A stretch of DNA of 27,316 nt. It comes from a virus. Lineage: Duplodnaviria; Heunggongvirae; Uroviricota; Caudoviricetes. Below, piece after piece: positions 1 through 7,976 of this stretch. A model generated the notes under the pieces. That model saw only the letters and a program-made list of their open reading frames with translations, was not told the origin of the DNA and did no database searches. Position 1 is the first letter of the stretch, and each line of letters starts with the position of its first letter. The translations under genes were made by a program, and so were the position numbers. Location of the stretch: the IMG/VR virus record IMGVR_UViG_2728369187_000003; one strand, 5' to 3'.

Positions 1-1026
1 TTACTTGGAATATTTTCTTGGAATATTTTCAGGTAACGGGACATCAAGTGTTGGTGAAACTTTAACCTTCCTGTCATAGATTAGCACTTGCCCTTCGGTT
101 TTGTGACCAGAGAAAAGTTGCTTATCCCGGCTGCTTCCTTCATAGTCTGAAATTCCTTTCGCCTTCAGATCATGAAAGGTGAAGTCGGTTAAAATACCTG
201 AAATTTTTCCAGCACGATTTCTTGCATCTACCCACATTTCGTTAAAGCCTTTGTACATATATCGGTTGCCGTATTGATTGCTGATCACATAGGCAGATTT
301 TGGTAACTGTTTTGCTTTTTCGATCGCTGCCTGTAATCGTGGGCTCCATGCTTTTATCTGTTTTTTTCCGGTTTTCCCTTGCTGGATGAATATCCCGTCG
401 TTTCCAATCTGTTCCCATTTCAGCGATAACACATCGGAAACCCTCGCTGCACACAGATAGGCAATTTCCATTGCGATAAAAACAGGAAGAGGTGCAACGC
501 TTAATACTGCCTGGTATTCTTTGTCGGTTACATATCGTTCGCGGTTTTTGGCCTTGAATTTACTTACACCTGCACATGGGTTAGCCTTCACGTACCCTCG
601 CTCATACCCCCAACTGTAAACACGGGACATACTGCTTTTTTCATGGTTGGCTTGCGTTTTACTCTGCTCCCCTCTTTTGTCCATGTATCGACGGATGTGT
701 TCTGGTTTTATGGAATCCGCTGGTACCTTACCGAATACGGCAAGCAACTTTTTTTGATGTTGCAGATAATCTTTTTGTGTTCTTGGACTAAGGTCACTGT
801 AATAGGCGCTGGCGAGGAATTTTTCCCACAAGCGACCGAATGTCATTGCACGATCGCGATTATTTACAGTTTCCTCATACTTTTTCCATAAAGCAGCTAA
901 ACCATCCTTGATGGCGGTTAGTGTGACAGATTCTCTGGATGTTGGTTTCCATACATAACTATATTTATTTGGGTATACATTTGGAGGTAATTTTTCGTGT
1001 TCAGGATTTTTCCTTCGTCTTCCCAT
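1..1026 (-). CDS. int: Phage integrase, tyrosine recombinase (lambda Int-like)
   Basis: 341-aa ORF; N-terminus MGRRRKNPEHEKLPPN closely resembles the lambda Int N-terminus as I recall it; start ATG overlaps the stop of the upstream small ORF (ATGA); stop codon sits at window positions 1-3, so attL would lie just outside the window. Confidence 0.9.
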   Translation of the reverse strand: MGRRRKNPEHEKLPPNVYPNKYSYVWKPTSRESVTLTAIKDGLAALWKKYEETVNNRDRAMTFGRLWEKFLASAYYSDLSPRTQKDYLQHQKKLLAVFGKVPADSIKPEHIRRYMDKRGEQSKTQANHEKSSMSRVYSWGYERGYVKANPCAGVSKFKAKNRERYVTDKEYQAVLSVAPLPVFIAMEIAYLCAARVSDVLSLKWEQIGNDGIFIQQGKTGKKQIKAWSPRLQAAIEKAKQLPKSAYVISNQYGNRYMYKGFNEMWVDARNRAGKISGILTDFTFHDLKAKGISDYEGSSRDKQLFSGHKTEGQVLIYDRKVKVSPTLDVPLPENIPRKYSK

Positions 1027-1229
1027 CAGATCGCACCAAAATTCGGCTCTACCTCGCGTGGTGGTAAAGTTTTATTGCAGGTAAATAGATCCCGGCTGAC
1101 AATCGGTTTGCCACTACGATTGGTATAGAACGGAAGCCCGTTTTCCATTAGCCATTTTCGCTGGTGGCTTGCATATTTGCAGCCCGTTAATATTAGCAAT
1201 TCATCTTCGGTTAAAAATAAGCTGCTCAT
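1026..1229 (-). CDS. Putative excisionase-like small protein immediately upstream of int (DUF4224-like)
   Basis: 67-aa ORF translationally coupled to int (TGATG overlap); size and position typical of Xis; sequence MSSLFLTEDELLILTGCKYASHQRKWLMENGLPFY resembles small integrase-associated proteins, from memory only. Confidence 0.5.
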   Translation of the reverse strand: MSSLFLTEDELLILTGCKYASHQRKWLMENGLPFYTNRSGKPIVSRDLFTCNKTLPPREVEPNFGAI

Positions 1230-1287
1230 AGCTATATCTCATAACCGCCGCTAACTATATACGGTTAGCGGCAATTAGGGTTGAACA

Positions 1288-3729
1288 TTAAAAATCAGCC
1301 TGACTCGGGATCAGTTTTTGCCAGATAGCTGAAACGTATTTTGCCTGGTAACGAGCGTCATCAAGTGCATTATGGCGCTCACCTTCGAATGGGATAGCAG
1401 TTCTGGCATCGAAGTCTATGGCTTTCCCCAGCTCAACGATTGTGCGTACATCGCGATCGTTGCAGTAGCGCCACGGGCAGGGGATACCCTGTCGTTCGTA
1501 TGAACGGCGTAAAATCACGTTGTCGAAGTTGGCCCCATTACCCCAGACCTGAACAAAAAATTCACCGGAGTTTTCGTCGATAAATTCCCGCAATTGCAGT
1601 AGTGCATCATCTAACGGGATTTCATCGGTCATAATGGCAGACTGCGCTTCACGTGATTGCTTTAGCCACCATTTAATGACGTCACGATCAATGACTCCGC
1701 CAGCAGTATCCAGATCGATGGTCTTGCTAAATTCCGGTCCCATATCTCCGGTTTGTGGATCGAAAAATATTGCGCCTATTGAGATAATCGGGGCATCGGG
1801 ATTTTTTCCCATGGTTTCAAGGTCGATCATCAGATGAATCCCCGCTCTGCTGGTGGATGTGAGCTTATGATGACCATTCACCTTAATTAAGGGATCTGTC
1901 GCCTCGCCAGTTTTATTATCGCTGGCGTGATGCTGATTGCCGCCAGGGTTCTCCTTGTGTGGATGTTCAGCGCCTTCCATTTCCTCCGGATCATTTTCCT
2001 GAACTTCAACCTGATTCTCTTCATCGAATGTTTCCTGGTATGTTGCGTCGCCCATCACCGCGCCACAATCAGGGCAGTTGCCGCCACCGCTCTGACCGCA
2101 GGCGGTGCAGACTTTTTCCGGTTCCTGTTGCGCTACTGGTTCGGATTGTTTCGTTTCTGGCTCGTTTTGTAACGCATTTGGGCTGTTTTGTTCCGCTTTT
2201 TGGTCGTTCCGTTCCGATTCATGCTGGTTCTGGTTCACAGAATCGCGAGTCTGGATCCCCTTGACCCATTTCGGATCATTAGGGTCGCTAATCCCCTCAA
2301 CAAATTCACCACGCGATACAGCAAGTAACTTATCGGCGTCAGGCTGGCTGATATTGGCTGCCTGCATAATTTTGTTTACTTCGTCAGCGGTGACTTTTAC
2401 TTGGTTAGCGGAACTCACCTGCGACTGAGCATCCAGCGACTGCGCGTTCTGGCCATGTTCAGTTGTATCCGGTTCCATTGTTTCAGTTGTTGCCTGTTCA
2501 CCTGCCATTGCGTCAGATGGTTGTGGTTTTTCTTCTTCTGTTTCACGCTCAGTAACCACCTCGCGGTTAATTTCTTCCAGGATATCTTTTTCCGGCGTAT
2601 GCCGGGCAGCTGTGAGAGTTTCCTTGCTGGGGTTCTCGTGATCAGTTTCCGTCAAATAGGCGTTGATATACCCCTGAAGGCGTCCCGGGTAGTGATAAAA
2701 TTCAGAGTGTGCGCTTCGGATAAGTGCAAAAATAGCGGCGCGGGAATAGTCCAGAATACCCGGGGTTGCACGAAGTGCTGCGGACCATTCTTTGAACGGA
2801 CTTTCTTTGTTCAGGACTACTTCTTTTGCGCGACGATAAACGCTGCCCGGAATTTCATAAATATTAAAATCCATCGGAAGTGTGGCTGCTGCAATCTCCA
2901 CATCCAGTGTGTCGAGGGTGTGTACTAAATTCGGATTGCGATCGGTTTTGTTCCCACCGCCAGCATTAGCACCGGAAGCCGTGCGGGTGATGCGTGAAAC
3001 ACGATTTCCTTTCATCCACTCTTTTGTCAGCAGACCCCGATCAGTGTAGTCAGCGTCCAGGTATGCTTCGAAAAAAGCAGTTATTAGTCCCAGGTCTGAA
3101 TTACCAGGATTAGGGAAAACTTTGTCAGTGTCACGAACCAGTTTGTGGAGGTCGCGAATCTCCAGCGAGTCGAGCAGACTGGTTTTATGCGAAATAGCCA
3201 GGGCAGTAACAGCCGGTAGTTCTTCAGCCCGTGCAATGTGTAATGCCTGGAGTTCGTCGCGTGAAACGTGCGTTACTGGTTTTTCGCTGCCGTGTTGAGC
3301 AAGCCAACGAATGGGCAGTTCCTGACCGGAGACAGGCAGAAGCATGCTCTCCTCAATCTCAGTCATGTCTTCGCCGTTGATGTTGGTATTGTCAGTGCTG
3401 GCTGGTTTGTCCTGAACAGAGGGGGAAGGGCCGATAAATGTCATTGTGATGCCATCTTTCCCGCCTTTTTCATAGCGGTTGCAGAATTCAGTATCAAACA
3501 CGCCTTCTGGCGGAAGGTCGTCAACAACGGGCAAATTGACGCGGACGGGTTTTTTAAAGTCGTCTTCATCATAATCGTTGTCATCCATTGCGGTAATGCA
3601 GCGGGAGATTGCAACAGATAATTTTTTTGCTGTAGTCCAGTAAAAACCACCTTTAATTCCTAGGCGTTTTCTTACTTTGTCATTTTTTGCTTCGCAATAT
3701 AGTGCAAATTCTTCTTTATCAGTGCTCAT
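1288..3729 (-). CDS. Large early protein with C-terminal DEDDh (DnaQ-like) 3'-5' exonuclease domain
   Basis: 813-aa ORF; C-terminal region carries Exo I-like DLETMG, Exo II-like GNGANFDNVIL and Exo III-like HNALDDARY motifs; N-terminal half is acidic low-complexity with a CTACGQSGGGNCPDCG zinc-ribbon-like motif; GAGG ribosome-binding site 9 nt upstream of ATG. Confidence 0.7.
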   Translation of the reverse strand: MSTDKEEFALYCEAKNDKVRKRLGIKGGFYWTTAKKLSVAISRCITAMDDNDYDEDDFKKPVRVNLPVVDDLPPEGVFDTEFCNRYEKGGKDGITMTFIGPSPSVQDKPASTDNTNINGEDMTEIEESMLLPVSGQELPIRWLAQHGSEKPVTHVSRDELQALHIARAEELPAVTALAISHKTSLLDSLEIRDLHKLVRDTDKVFPNPGNSDLGLITAFFEAYLDADYTDRGLLTKEWMKGNRVSRITRTASGANAGGGNKTDRNPNLVHTLDTLDVEIAAATLPMDFNIYEIPGSVYRRAKEVVLNKESPFKEWSAALRATPGILDYSRAAIFALIRSAHSEFYHYPGRLQGYINAYLTETDHENPSKETLTAARHTPEKDILEEINREVVTERETEEEKPQPSDAMAGEQATTETMEPDTTEHGQNAQSLDAQSQVSSANQVKVTADEVNKIMQAANISQPDADKLLAVSRGEFVEGISDPNDPKWVKGIQTRDSVNQNQHESERNDQKAEQNSPNALQNEPETKQSEPVAQQEPEKVCTACGQSGGGNCPDCGAVMGDATYQETFDEENQVEVQENDPEEMEGAEHPHKENPGGNQHHASDNKTGEATDPLIKVNGHHKLTSTSRAGIHLMIDLETMGKNPDAPIISIGAIFFDPQTGDMGPEFSKTIDLDTAGGVIDRDVIKWWLKQSREAQSAIMTDEIPLDDALLQLREFIDENSGEFFVQVWGNGANFDNVILRRSYERQGIPCPWRYCNDRDVRTIVELGKAIDFDARTAIPFEGERHNALDDARYQAKYVSAIWQKLIPSQADF

Positions 3730-3822
3730 TATTGGTAAACCTCATCACAGATTTAAGGGTGAACAAATCTCTGCCATTGCTGACATATAAGAATGAAACT
3801 GGATATTTATTACGGTGCTGTT

Positions 3823-4014
3823 TTAAAATCCTGCCGGGATTTCGTTATTATCCTGGTGAATAACTTTATCGACCGGATAACAGTTGCCTGGAATTTTCTG
3901 TTCGGTTGCTGCTGCCATACATTCCTGCATTGTTCTGTGAACACTGACTGCAATATCAACTGGCTCTCCGGAAACAAGAAAAACCGTCAGAATAAGTGCA
4001 AATACTGGATTCAT
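3823..4014 (-). CDS. ydfD: YdfD-like small protein with N-terminal hydrophobic segment (63 aa)
   Basis: Internal Met of the 81-aa track ORF gives MNPVFALILTVFLVSGEPVDIAVSVHRTMQECMAAATEQKIPGNCYPVDKVIHQDNNEIPAGF; its ATG overlaps the dicB stop (ATGA), indicating translational coupling; matches my recollection of Qin YdfD. Confidence 0.6.
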   Translation of the reverse strand: MNPVFALILTVFLVSGEPVDIAVSVHRTMQECMAAATEQKIPGNCYPVDKVIHQDNNEIPAGF

Positions 4015-4199
4015 TGTGCACATCCTTTTGGCATCAGACGTAAACGGGCCAGCATTGAAACAATGCATACTTTATTTAATAACTCCCGTTCGTGTTTTCT
4101 TTTGTTAATGGCATCTTCAGTAAATACAGGATTACTGATAGTGACACCAATTTCAAAACAACCTTCAGACGTATTAACGTTTGGTAATAACNNNNNNNN
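4011..4199 (-). CDS. dicB: Cell division inhibitor DicB (5' end falls inside the N-run)
   Basis: Minus-strand translation of 4011-4191 reads (T)LLPNVNTSEGCFEIGVTISNPVFTEDAINKRKHERELLNKVCIVSMLARLRLMPKGCAQ*, matching E. coli DicB from memory; the first two to three codons lie in the N-run, so the start coordinate is inferred from the 62-aa length. Confidence 0.75.
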   Translation of the reverse strand, partial: XXXLLPNVNTSEGCFEIGVTISNPVFTEDAINKRKHERELLNKVCIVSMLARLRLMPKGCAQ

Positions 4200-4305
4200 N
4201 NNNNNNNNNNNNNNNNNNNNNNNNNNNNNNNNNNNNNNNNNNNNNNNNNNNNNNNNNNNNNNNNNNNNNNNNNNNNNNNNNNNNNNNNNNNNNNNNNNNN
4301 NNNNN
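4192..4305. other. Run of 114 N (assembly gap or masked sequence)
   Basis: Directly visible; covers the dicB start and the position where a dicF-like small RNA would be expected. Confidence 1.
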
Positions 4306-4585
4306 CCGGTGTCCTCAACGGTGAAGGAATAACCCCGCCATACTTACCGCCGCGCCATTTCGCGGAGTGCCACAACCGGAAGCGCACGGTCGACGATAAT
4401 TTAACGACAGGCTATCTATGAACCAGCTACCTCGCCGTGCGCTTTCGCGTTATGGTCTGACTTTTCAGGGAAATATCCTTTCAGTAAACTGTCAGTGCCG
4501 GATGCTCACCCGTGTCCGGCGCACGCACTCCACCTCACCCGTGGAGAACTCCTTAATTACCAACCTTAGCTTCGTTGGTTAGCTA

Positions 4586-4804
4586 TTAACGCGGGTATGT
4601 AATCATTCTGGCAATGCTTAATGCCGCTGCTTTTTCCAGCCTGGTGATATCCTGCTCCAGAGCGGACAGATTTTCAGCCTGCTTAGCCCTGGCTTCATTG
4701 GCCCATTTCAGATCCTGCGCTGCATTAATTTTCTGGCGCATCCACTCATAAAGTTCATCATCGGTATAGTCTGGCGCGATGATGACGGGTTCTCGTTTCT
4801 GCAT
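4586..4804 (-). CDS. ydfC: YdfC-like protein (72 aa)
   Basis: 72-aa ORF MQKREPVIIAPDYTDDELYEWMRQKINAAQ...; position between ydfB and dicB and length fit Qin ydfC as I recall it. Confidence 0.55.
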   Translation of the reverse strand: MQKREPVIIAPDYTDDELYEWMRQKINAAQDLKWANEARAKQAENLSALEQDITRLEKAAALSIARMITYPR

Positions 4805-4833
4805 ACTGATTCCTCGCGGTGCTGCTTCGCTTA

Positions 4834-4962
4834 TCAGCCGTTAGATTTTGCCGAGCTGGAAAGCGCCTGTTTAAACTCACTGAAGCTGAGAGCTTCTTCG
4901 CCTTCGGCAAGGCCTTCGAAGTATTCTTCGTAAGCCTTTTTCATGATTGTGTCGAAATCCAT
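4834..4962 (-). CDS. ydfB: YdfB-like small protein (42 aa), absent from the ORF track
   Basis: Minus-strand ORF MDFDTIMKKAYEEYFEGLAEGEEALSFSEFKQALSSSAKSNG*; ATG lies 1 nt after the ydfA stop; fits the ydfA-ydfB-ydfC order. Confidence 0.5.
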   Translation of the reverse strand: MDFDTIMKKAYEEYFEGLAEGEEALSFSEFKQALSSSAKSNG

Positions 4963-4963
4963 A

Positions 4964-5119
4964 TCACTCACCTGAGTTTCTTTCCAGCCAGCGACGGGCA
5001 CCATTTTCGGTTTTAAACGTTTTGCTTTTGGTATACGTCATCGCGGTGAATGTGCCGTCCTGGTTGGGAAACACGCCGTACACCAGAGATTCGTTGTTGC
5101 CAAGATCGATAGTATCCAT
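4964..5119 (-). CDS. ydfA: YdfA-like DUF1391-type small protein (51 aa)
   Basis: Internal Met of the 78-aa track ORF, preceded by GAGG 4 nt upstream, gives MDTIDLGNNESLVYGVFPNQDGTFTAMTYTKSKTFKTENGARRWLERNSGE; first gene after the PL-like promoter. Confidence 0.6.
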   Translation of the reverse strand: MDTIDLGNNESLVYGVFPNQDGTFTAMTYTKSKTFKTENGARRWLERNSGE

Positions 5120-5298
5120 GTTGACCTCATTTCCCCTTAACGCCGGGGTAGCGGAACAAAAACCTGCTGCATAGTTATTAAAGTTGAACCCTGCCGTCAT
5201 GTTCTTACGCCTCGGGCTGGCTACTTAACCCCTGACCACTGCCTGGTAACTCGAAGTATTGCCCTGCATTCTGTGGGGTGGGGTGAGGGAATGAATGA

Positions 5299-5347
5299 AG
5301 TTTAGAAAAATGAACTTTTCAGGTCAATGTTTTTTTATCAAAACATT
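5299..5347 (-). promoter_or_regulatory. PL-like leftward early promoter with overlapping palindromic operator
   Basis: On the minus strand TTGACC-N17-TAAACT; the palindrome AATGTTTT-N6-AAAACATT (plus 5326-5347) overlaps the -35 element; the same operator core recurs in the cI-cro intergenic region. Confidence 0.45.
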
Positions 5348-5411
5348 TTAAGCAGGCAGCTGTTAAGCCATCACCACGATGGCATACAGTTAATCAAATA
5401 GATGAGGTTGG

Positions 5412-6050
5412 TTAAATATCTTGTTGAATTTTAAAGCATACGCCCAATATGCAAGATAGATCATCCAGCATAATTGAAGGGTAGCGAGGATTCGTGGGGA
5501 CTAAAAGAATATCCGGCCCTTCTATCTCCAGTTTACGAATGACAGGTGTTGTGGTCCCTTTGGGTAAGGCAAGGACAATATTTCCTGGTTGTACGGTTCG
5601 ATCGGGATCAACAAAAACTGTTGAACCATTTGGGATGGAAACTCCCCCACCAGATGTTGACATACTGTCACTCTCTAGAACAACTGCAAAGGTATTGGCC
5701 GGGATTTCTCCGACAAGCTGCACACAAGAGGTTATTGAGGAATTTTTCATATAATCACTCCAGCTTGCTGCCTGCTGAAGTGATAGTAGCGGAACCGTTT
5801 TTATCGGCGGTAAAGATAGATCAAGCGAATCACCTGTATTTAACTCTCCTCCATTAAGAAGCCAATTTTCGTTTACTTTCAATATCTTTGCCAGTGAACT
5901 TATGTAACGCGAGGACGGCGCTCCTCCACCGTTCATCCATTGACTTACGGAGCCTTTTGATGCGCCAGTGGCATTGACAAGGTCTTTGCCTTTCAGGTTT
6001 AGCGCATGCATACGTTGGGTTATGCGTTCAGATATTGTTTGCTTGCTCAT
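5412..6050 (-). CDS. CI-like prophage repressor (N-terminal HTH, C-terminal S24 LexA-like autopeptidase)
   Basis: 212-aa ORF; N-terminal HTH region; C-terminal SDSM...IRKL...LVPTNPRYPSI parallels lambda CI GDSM...FKKL...LQPLNPQYPMI; no ribosome-binding site upstream of the ATG, which overlaps an operator (leaderless, PRM-like). Confidence 0.9.
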   Translation of the reverse strand: MSKQTISERITQRMHALNLKGKDLVNATGASKGSVSQWMNGGGAPSSRYISSLAKILKVNENWLLNGGELNTGDSLDLSLPPIKTVPLLSLQQAASWSDYMKNSSITSCVQLVGEIPANTFAVVLESDSMSTSGGGVSIPNGSTVFVDPDRTVQPGNIVLALPKGTTTPVIRKLEIEGPDILLVPTNPRYPSIMLDDLSCILGVCFKIQQDI

Positions 6051-6113
6051 GTTTTGATTTTAAAACACAGATGGTTTTGTTTCTTGACTTTCTTTGGTTT
6101 TGATTATTAAACT
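6049..6113. promoter_or_regulatory. OR-like operator cluster and PR-like rightward promoter
   Basis: ATGTTTT-N6-AAAACA palindrome at 6049-6067 overlapping the cI start; further GTTTT/AAAAC inverted motifs at 6062-6079 and 6097-6112; TTGACT (6084-6089)-N18-TAAACT (6108-6113) ahead of cro. Confidence 0.5.
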
Positions 6114-6141
6114 TTTGGCGTTCAGTTTTATGGAGCGACTT

Positions 6142-6372
6142 ATGAAAAAATCAGAAGTATTAGGCTATTTTGGCGGAGTTGTTAAAACAGCCGCAGCTCT
6201 AGGAACGTCAAAAACCACAGTCAGCATGTGGGGGGAAGAGGTTCCGTGGAAATGGGCGTTGCTAATTCAGGCAGTCACTGCCGGGGCGCTCAAATATGAG
6301 TTACACATACCGACGGTTGTCATTCCCGGTTCTGATCATAATCCGCCTTCTAACCAAGGGGGGGATTCATGA
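6142..6372 (+). CDS. Cro-like small HTH regulator
   Basis: 76 aa from the ATG at 6142, with GGAG 6 nt upstream; divergent from cI; helix-turn-helix-like segment VVKTAAALGTSKTTVSMW. Confidence 0.7.
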   Translation: MKKSEVLGYFGGVVKTAAALGTSKTTVSMWGEEVPWKWALLIQAVTAGALKYELHIPTVVIPGSDHNPPSNQGGDS

Positions 6373-6794
6373 AAATCAAGCATGAACACATCCGCATGGC
6401 GATGAATGCCTGGGCGCGTCCTGATGGCGAAAAAGTTCCAGCAGCTGGAATAACCCAGGCTTATTTTGAGTTGGGTATGACGTTTCCTGAACTGTATGAC
6501 GACAGCCATCCGGAAGCCCTGGCTCGCAATACCCAGAAAATTTTCCGCTGGGTAGAGAAAGACACCCCTGATGCAGTTGAAAAAATTCAGGCGTTGTTAC
6601 CAGCGATCGAAAAGGCAATGCCACCTTTGCTGGTGGCCAGAATGCGCAGCCACAGTTCAGCTTATTTTCGGGAGCTGGTGGAGACGCGGGAGCGATTGGT
6701 GAGAGACGCTGATGATTTTGTCGCAGTGGCAATCGCCGGTTTCAATCAGATGAACCGTGGTGGCCCGGCAGGAAATGCTGTGGCAGTACATTGA
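6369..6794 (+). CDS. YdaT-family-like protein in the cII position (function unknown)
   Basis: 141-aa ORF whose ATG overlaps the cro stop (ATGA); begins MKIKHEHI, which I recall for YdaT-like proteins that follow Cro-like YdaS; not verified. Confidence 0.45.
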   Translation: MKIKHEHIRMAMNAWARPDGEKVPAAGITQAYFELGMTFPELYDDSHPEALARNTQKIFRWVEKDTPDAVEKIQALLPAIEKAMPPLLVARMRSHSSAYFRELVETRERLVRDADDFVAVAIAGFNQMNRGGPAGNAVAVH

Positions 6795-6865
6795 CTGACA
6801 ATAGCCATATCGAATCGCTTCCGGCAACTCGTGAGTAAAAAGATTCGGTATCAGAAGAGGTGAGT

Positions 6866-7936
6866 ATGGCTAACGCTTGGCTCAGATTATGGCATGACAT
6901 GCCAAATGACCCTAAGTGGCGAACAATTGCCAGGGTGTCAGGGCAGCCAATTGCAACAGTGATGGCAGTGTATATCCACCTCCTGGTGAGCGCGTCACGA
7001 AATGTCACGCGAGGTCACATTGATGTCACGACAGAAGATTTGGCAAGTGCGCTCGACGTGACAGAAGAGGTAATTGATTCAATTTTGCAGACGATGCAGG
7101 GGCGGGTACTTGATGGTGATTTAATCACTGGATGGGAAAAACGCCAGGTTCTTAAAGAGGACAACGGCAATATTTCGCAAACCGCAAAATCTCCTGCAGA
7201 GCGCAAGAGGGCGCAGCGAGAGAGGGAAAGAAAGCGGGAACAAAATGGCGATTGTCACGGCGCGTCACGAAATGTCACGCACATGTCACGACGAGTCACG
7301 ACAGATAAAGATACAGATAAAGATACAGATCAAGAAGATCAAAACACTATGGTCCATGGCGTAAAAAACGCCACGAACCAGGCAGGGGATGTTCAGACCG
7401 TCAATCTTGGTCAGCCAGCAGGCACGACACCGGAAGCCGATTCAGCGTATGCGCTGAAAGCCGATTCGGGCGCTGTGCAGCAGGTGATGACCGCAAGGCC
7501 GGAGCAATCACACCAACTGCAGCAGCCTGAAGCCGATTCCGCCATTCAGCGGGAAGCCGATCGGGTAGTCCCGGAAAACACCGGGCAGCCTGTGGGACGA
7601 GTGGATTATCCGGATGTGTTCGAACAGGTCTGGCGGGAATACCCGTTGCGTGCTGGGGCAAACCCGAAGAAATCCGCTTTCAGTGCTTGGAAGGCCAGAT
7701 TACGCGAGGGGGTGTCACCAGAGGCCATGCTGGATGGCGTGAGGCGTTACGCAAGATACCTTGCGGCTACCGGGAAAACGGGAACGGAATTTGTTCAGCG
7801 AGCAACGACGTTTTTTGGACCGGACCGGAATTTTGAAAACCCCTGGCTGCTCCCGGTAAGCGGCACGAACAACCAGCGTTGTGTGAATCATATTTCTGAA
7901 CCGGATACCGAAATTCCACCGGGCTTCAGGGGGTAA
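6866..7936 (+). CDS. Replication initiator (O-like) with origin iterons inside the coding sequence
   Basis: 356 aa from the ATG at 6866 (GAGG 5 nt upstream); occupies the O position after cro and the cII-like gene; two internal GTCACG iteron arrays and an AT-rich tandem repeat lie inside it. Confidence 0.65.
   Translation: MANAWLRLWHDMPNDPKWRTIARVSGQPIATVMAVYIHLLVSASRNVTRGHIDVTTEDLASALDVTEEVIDSILQTMQGRVLDGDLITGWEKRQVLKEDNGNISQTAKSPAERKRAQRERERKREQNGDCHGASRNVTHMSRRVTTDKDTDKDTDQEDQNTMVHGVKNATNQAGDVQTVNLGQPAGTTPEADSAYALKADSGAVQQVMTARPEQSHQLQQPEADSAIQREADRVVPENTGQPVGRVDYPDVFEQVWREYPLRAGANPKKSAFSAWKARLREGVSPEAMLDGVRRYARYLAATGKTGTEFVQRATTFFGPDRNFENPWLLPVSGTNNQRCVNHISEPDTEIPPGFRG
6991..7030. repeat. 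Iteron array 1: four GTCAC(G/A) repeats at roughly 10-bp spacing
   Basis: GTCACG at 6994, 7004 and 7025, GTCACA at 7014; the first 21 nt are identical to the start of array 2. Confidence 0.7.
7251..7330. repeat. Iteron array 2 (five GTCACG repeats) followed by an AT-rich tandem repeat; candidate origin of replication
   Basis: GTCACG at 7254, 7264, 7274, 7285 and 7295, then gataaagataca repeated about 2.5 times at 7302-7330; the architecture parallels ori-lambda inside gene O. Confidence 0.65.
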
Positions 7937-7976
7937 GTGTTGATTTCTGGTCATGAGGTAATTTTCAGGAGGACTT

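Noticed and set aside
1634-3621. Several plus-strand ORFs (67-175 aa) inside the exonuclease gene
   Set aside because: They are antisense shadow ORFs within a well-supported 813-aa minus-strand gene, with no ribosome-binding sites and Cys/Phe-rich low-complexity translations.
3793-4387. Track ORFs 3793-4332 (+) and 4076-4387 (-) spanning the N-run
   Set aside because: Their length is created by translating N as X; the region is better explained by dicB and ydfD on the minus strand.
4306-4585. Possible tRNA or dicF small RNA in the GC-rich structured segment downstream of ydfC
   Set aside because: I found no tRNA-like T-arm or anticodon-arm pattern and no match to the dicF sequence as I remember it; dicF, if present, is more likely hidden in the adjacent N-run.
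4819-5174. Plus-strand ORFs 4819-5016 and 4947-5174
   Set aside because: They are antisense to the ydfB and ydfA reading frames, which have ribosome-binding sites and fit the conserved operon order.
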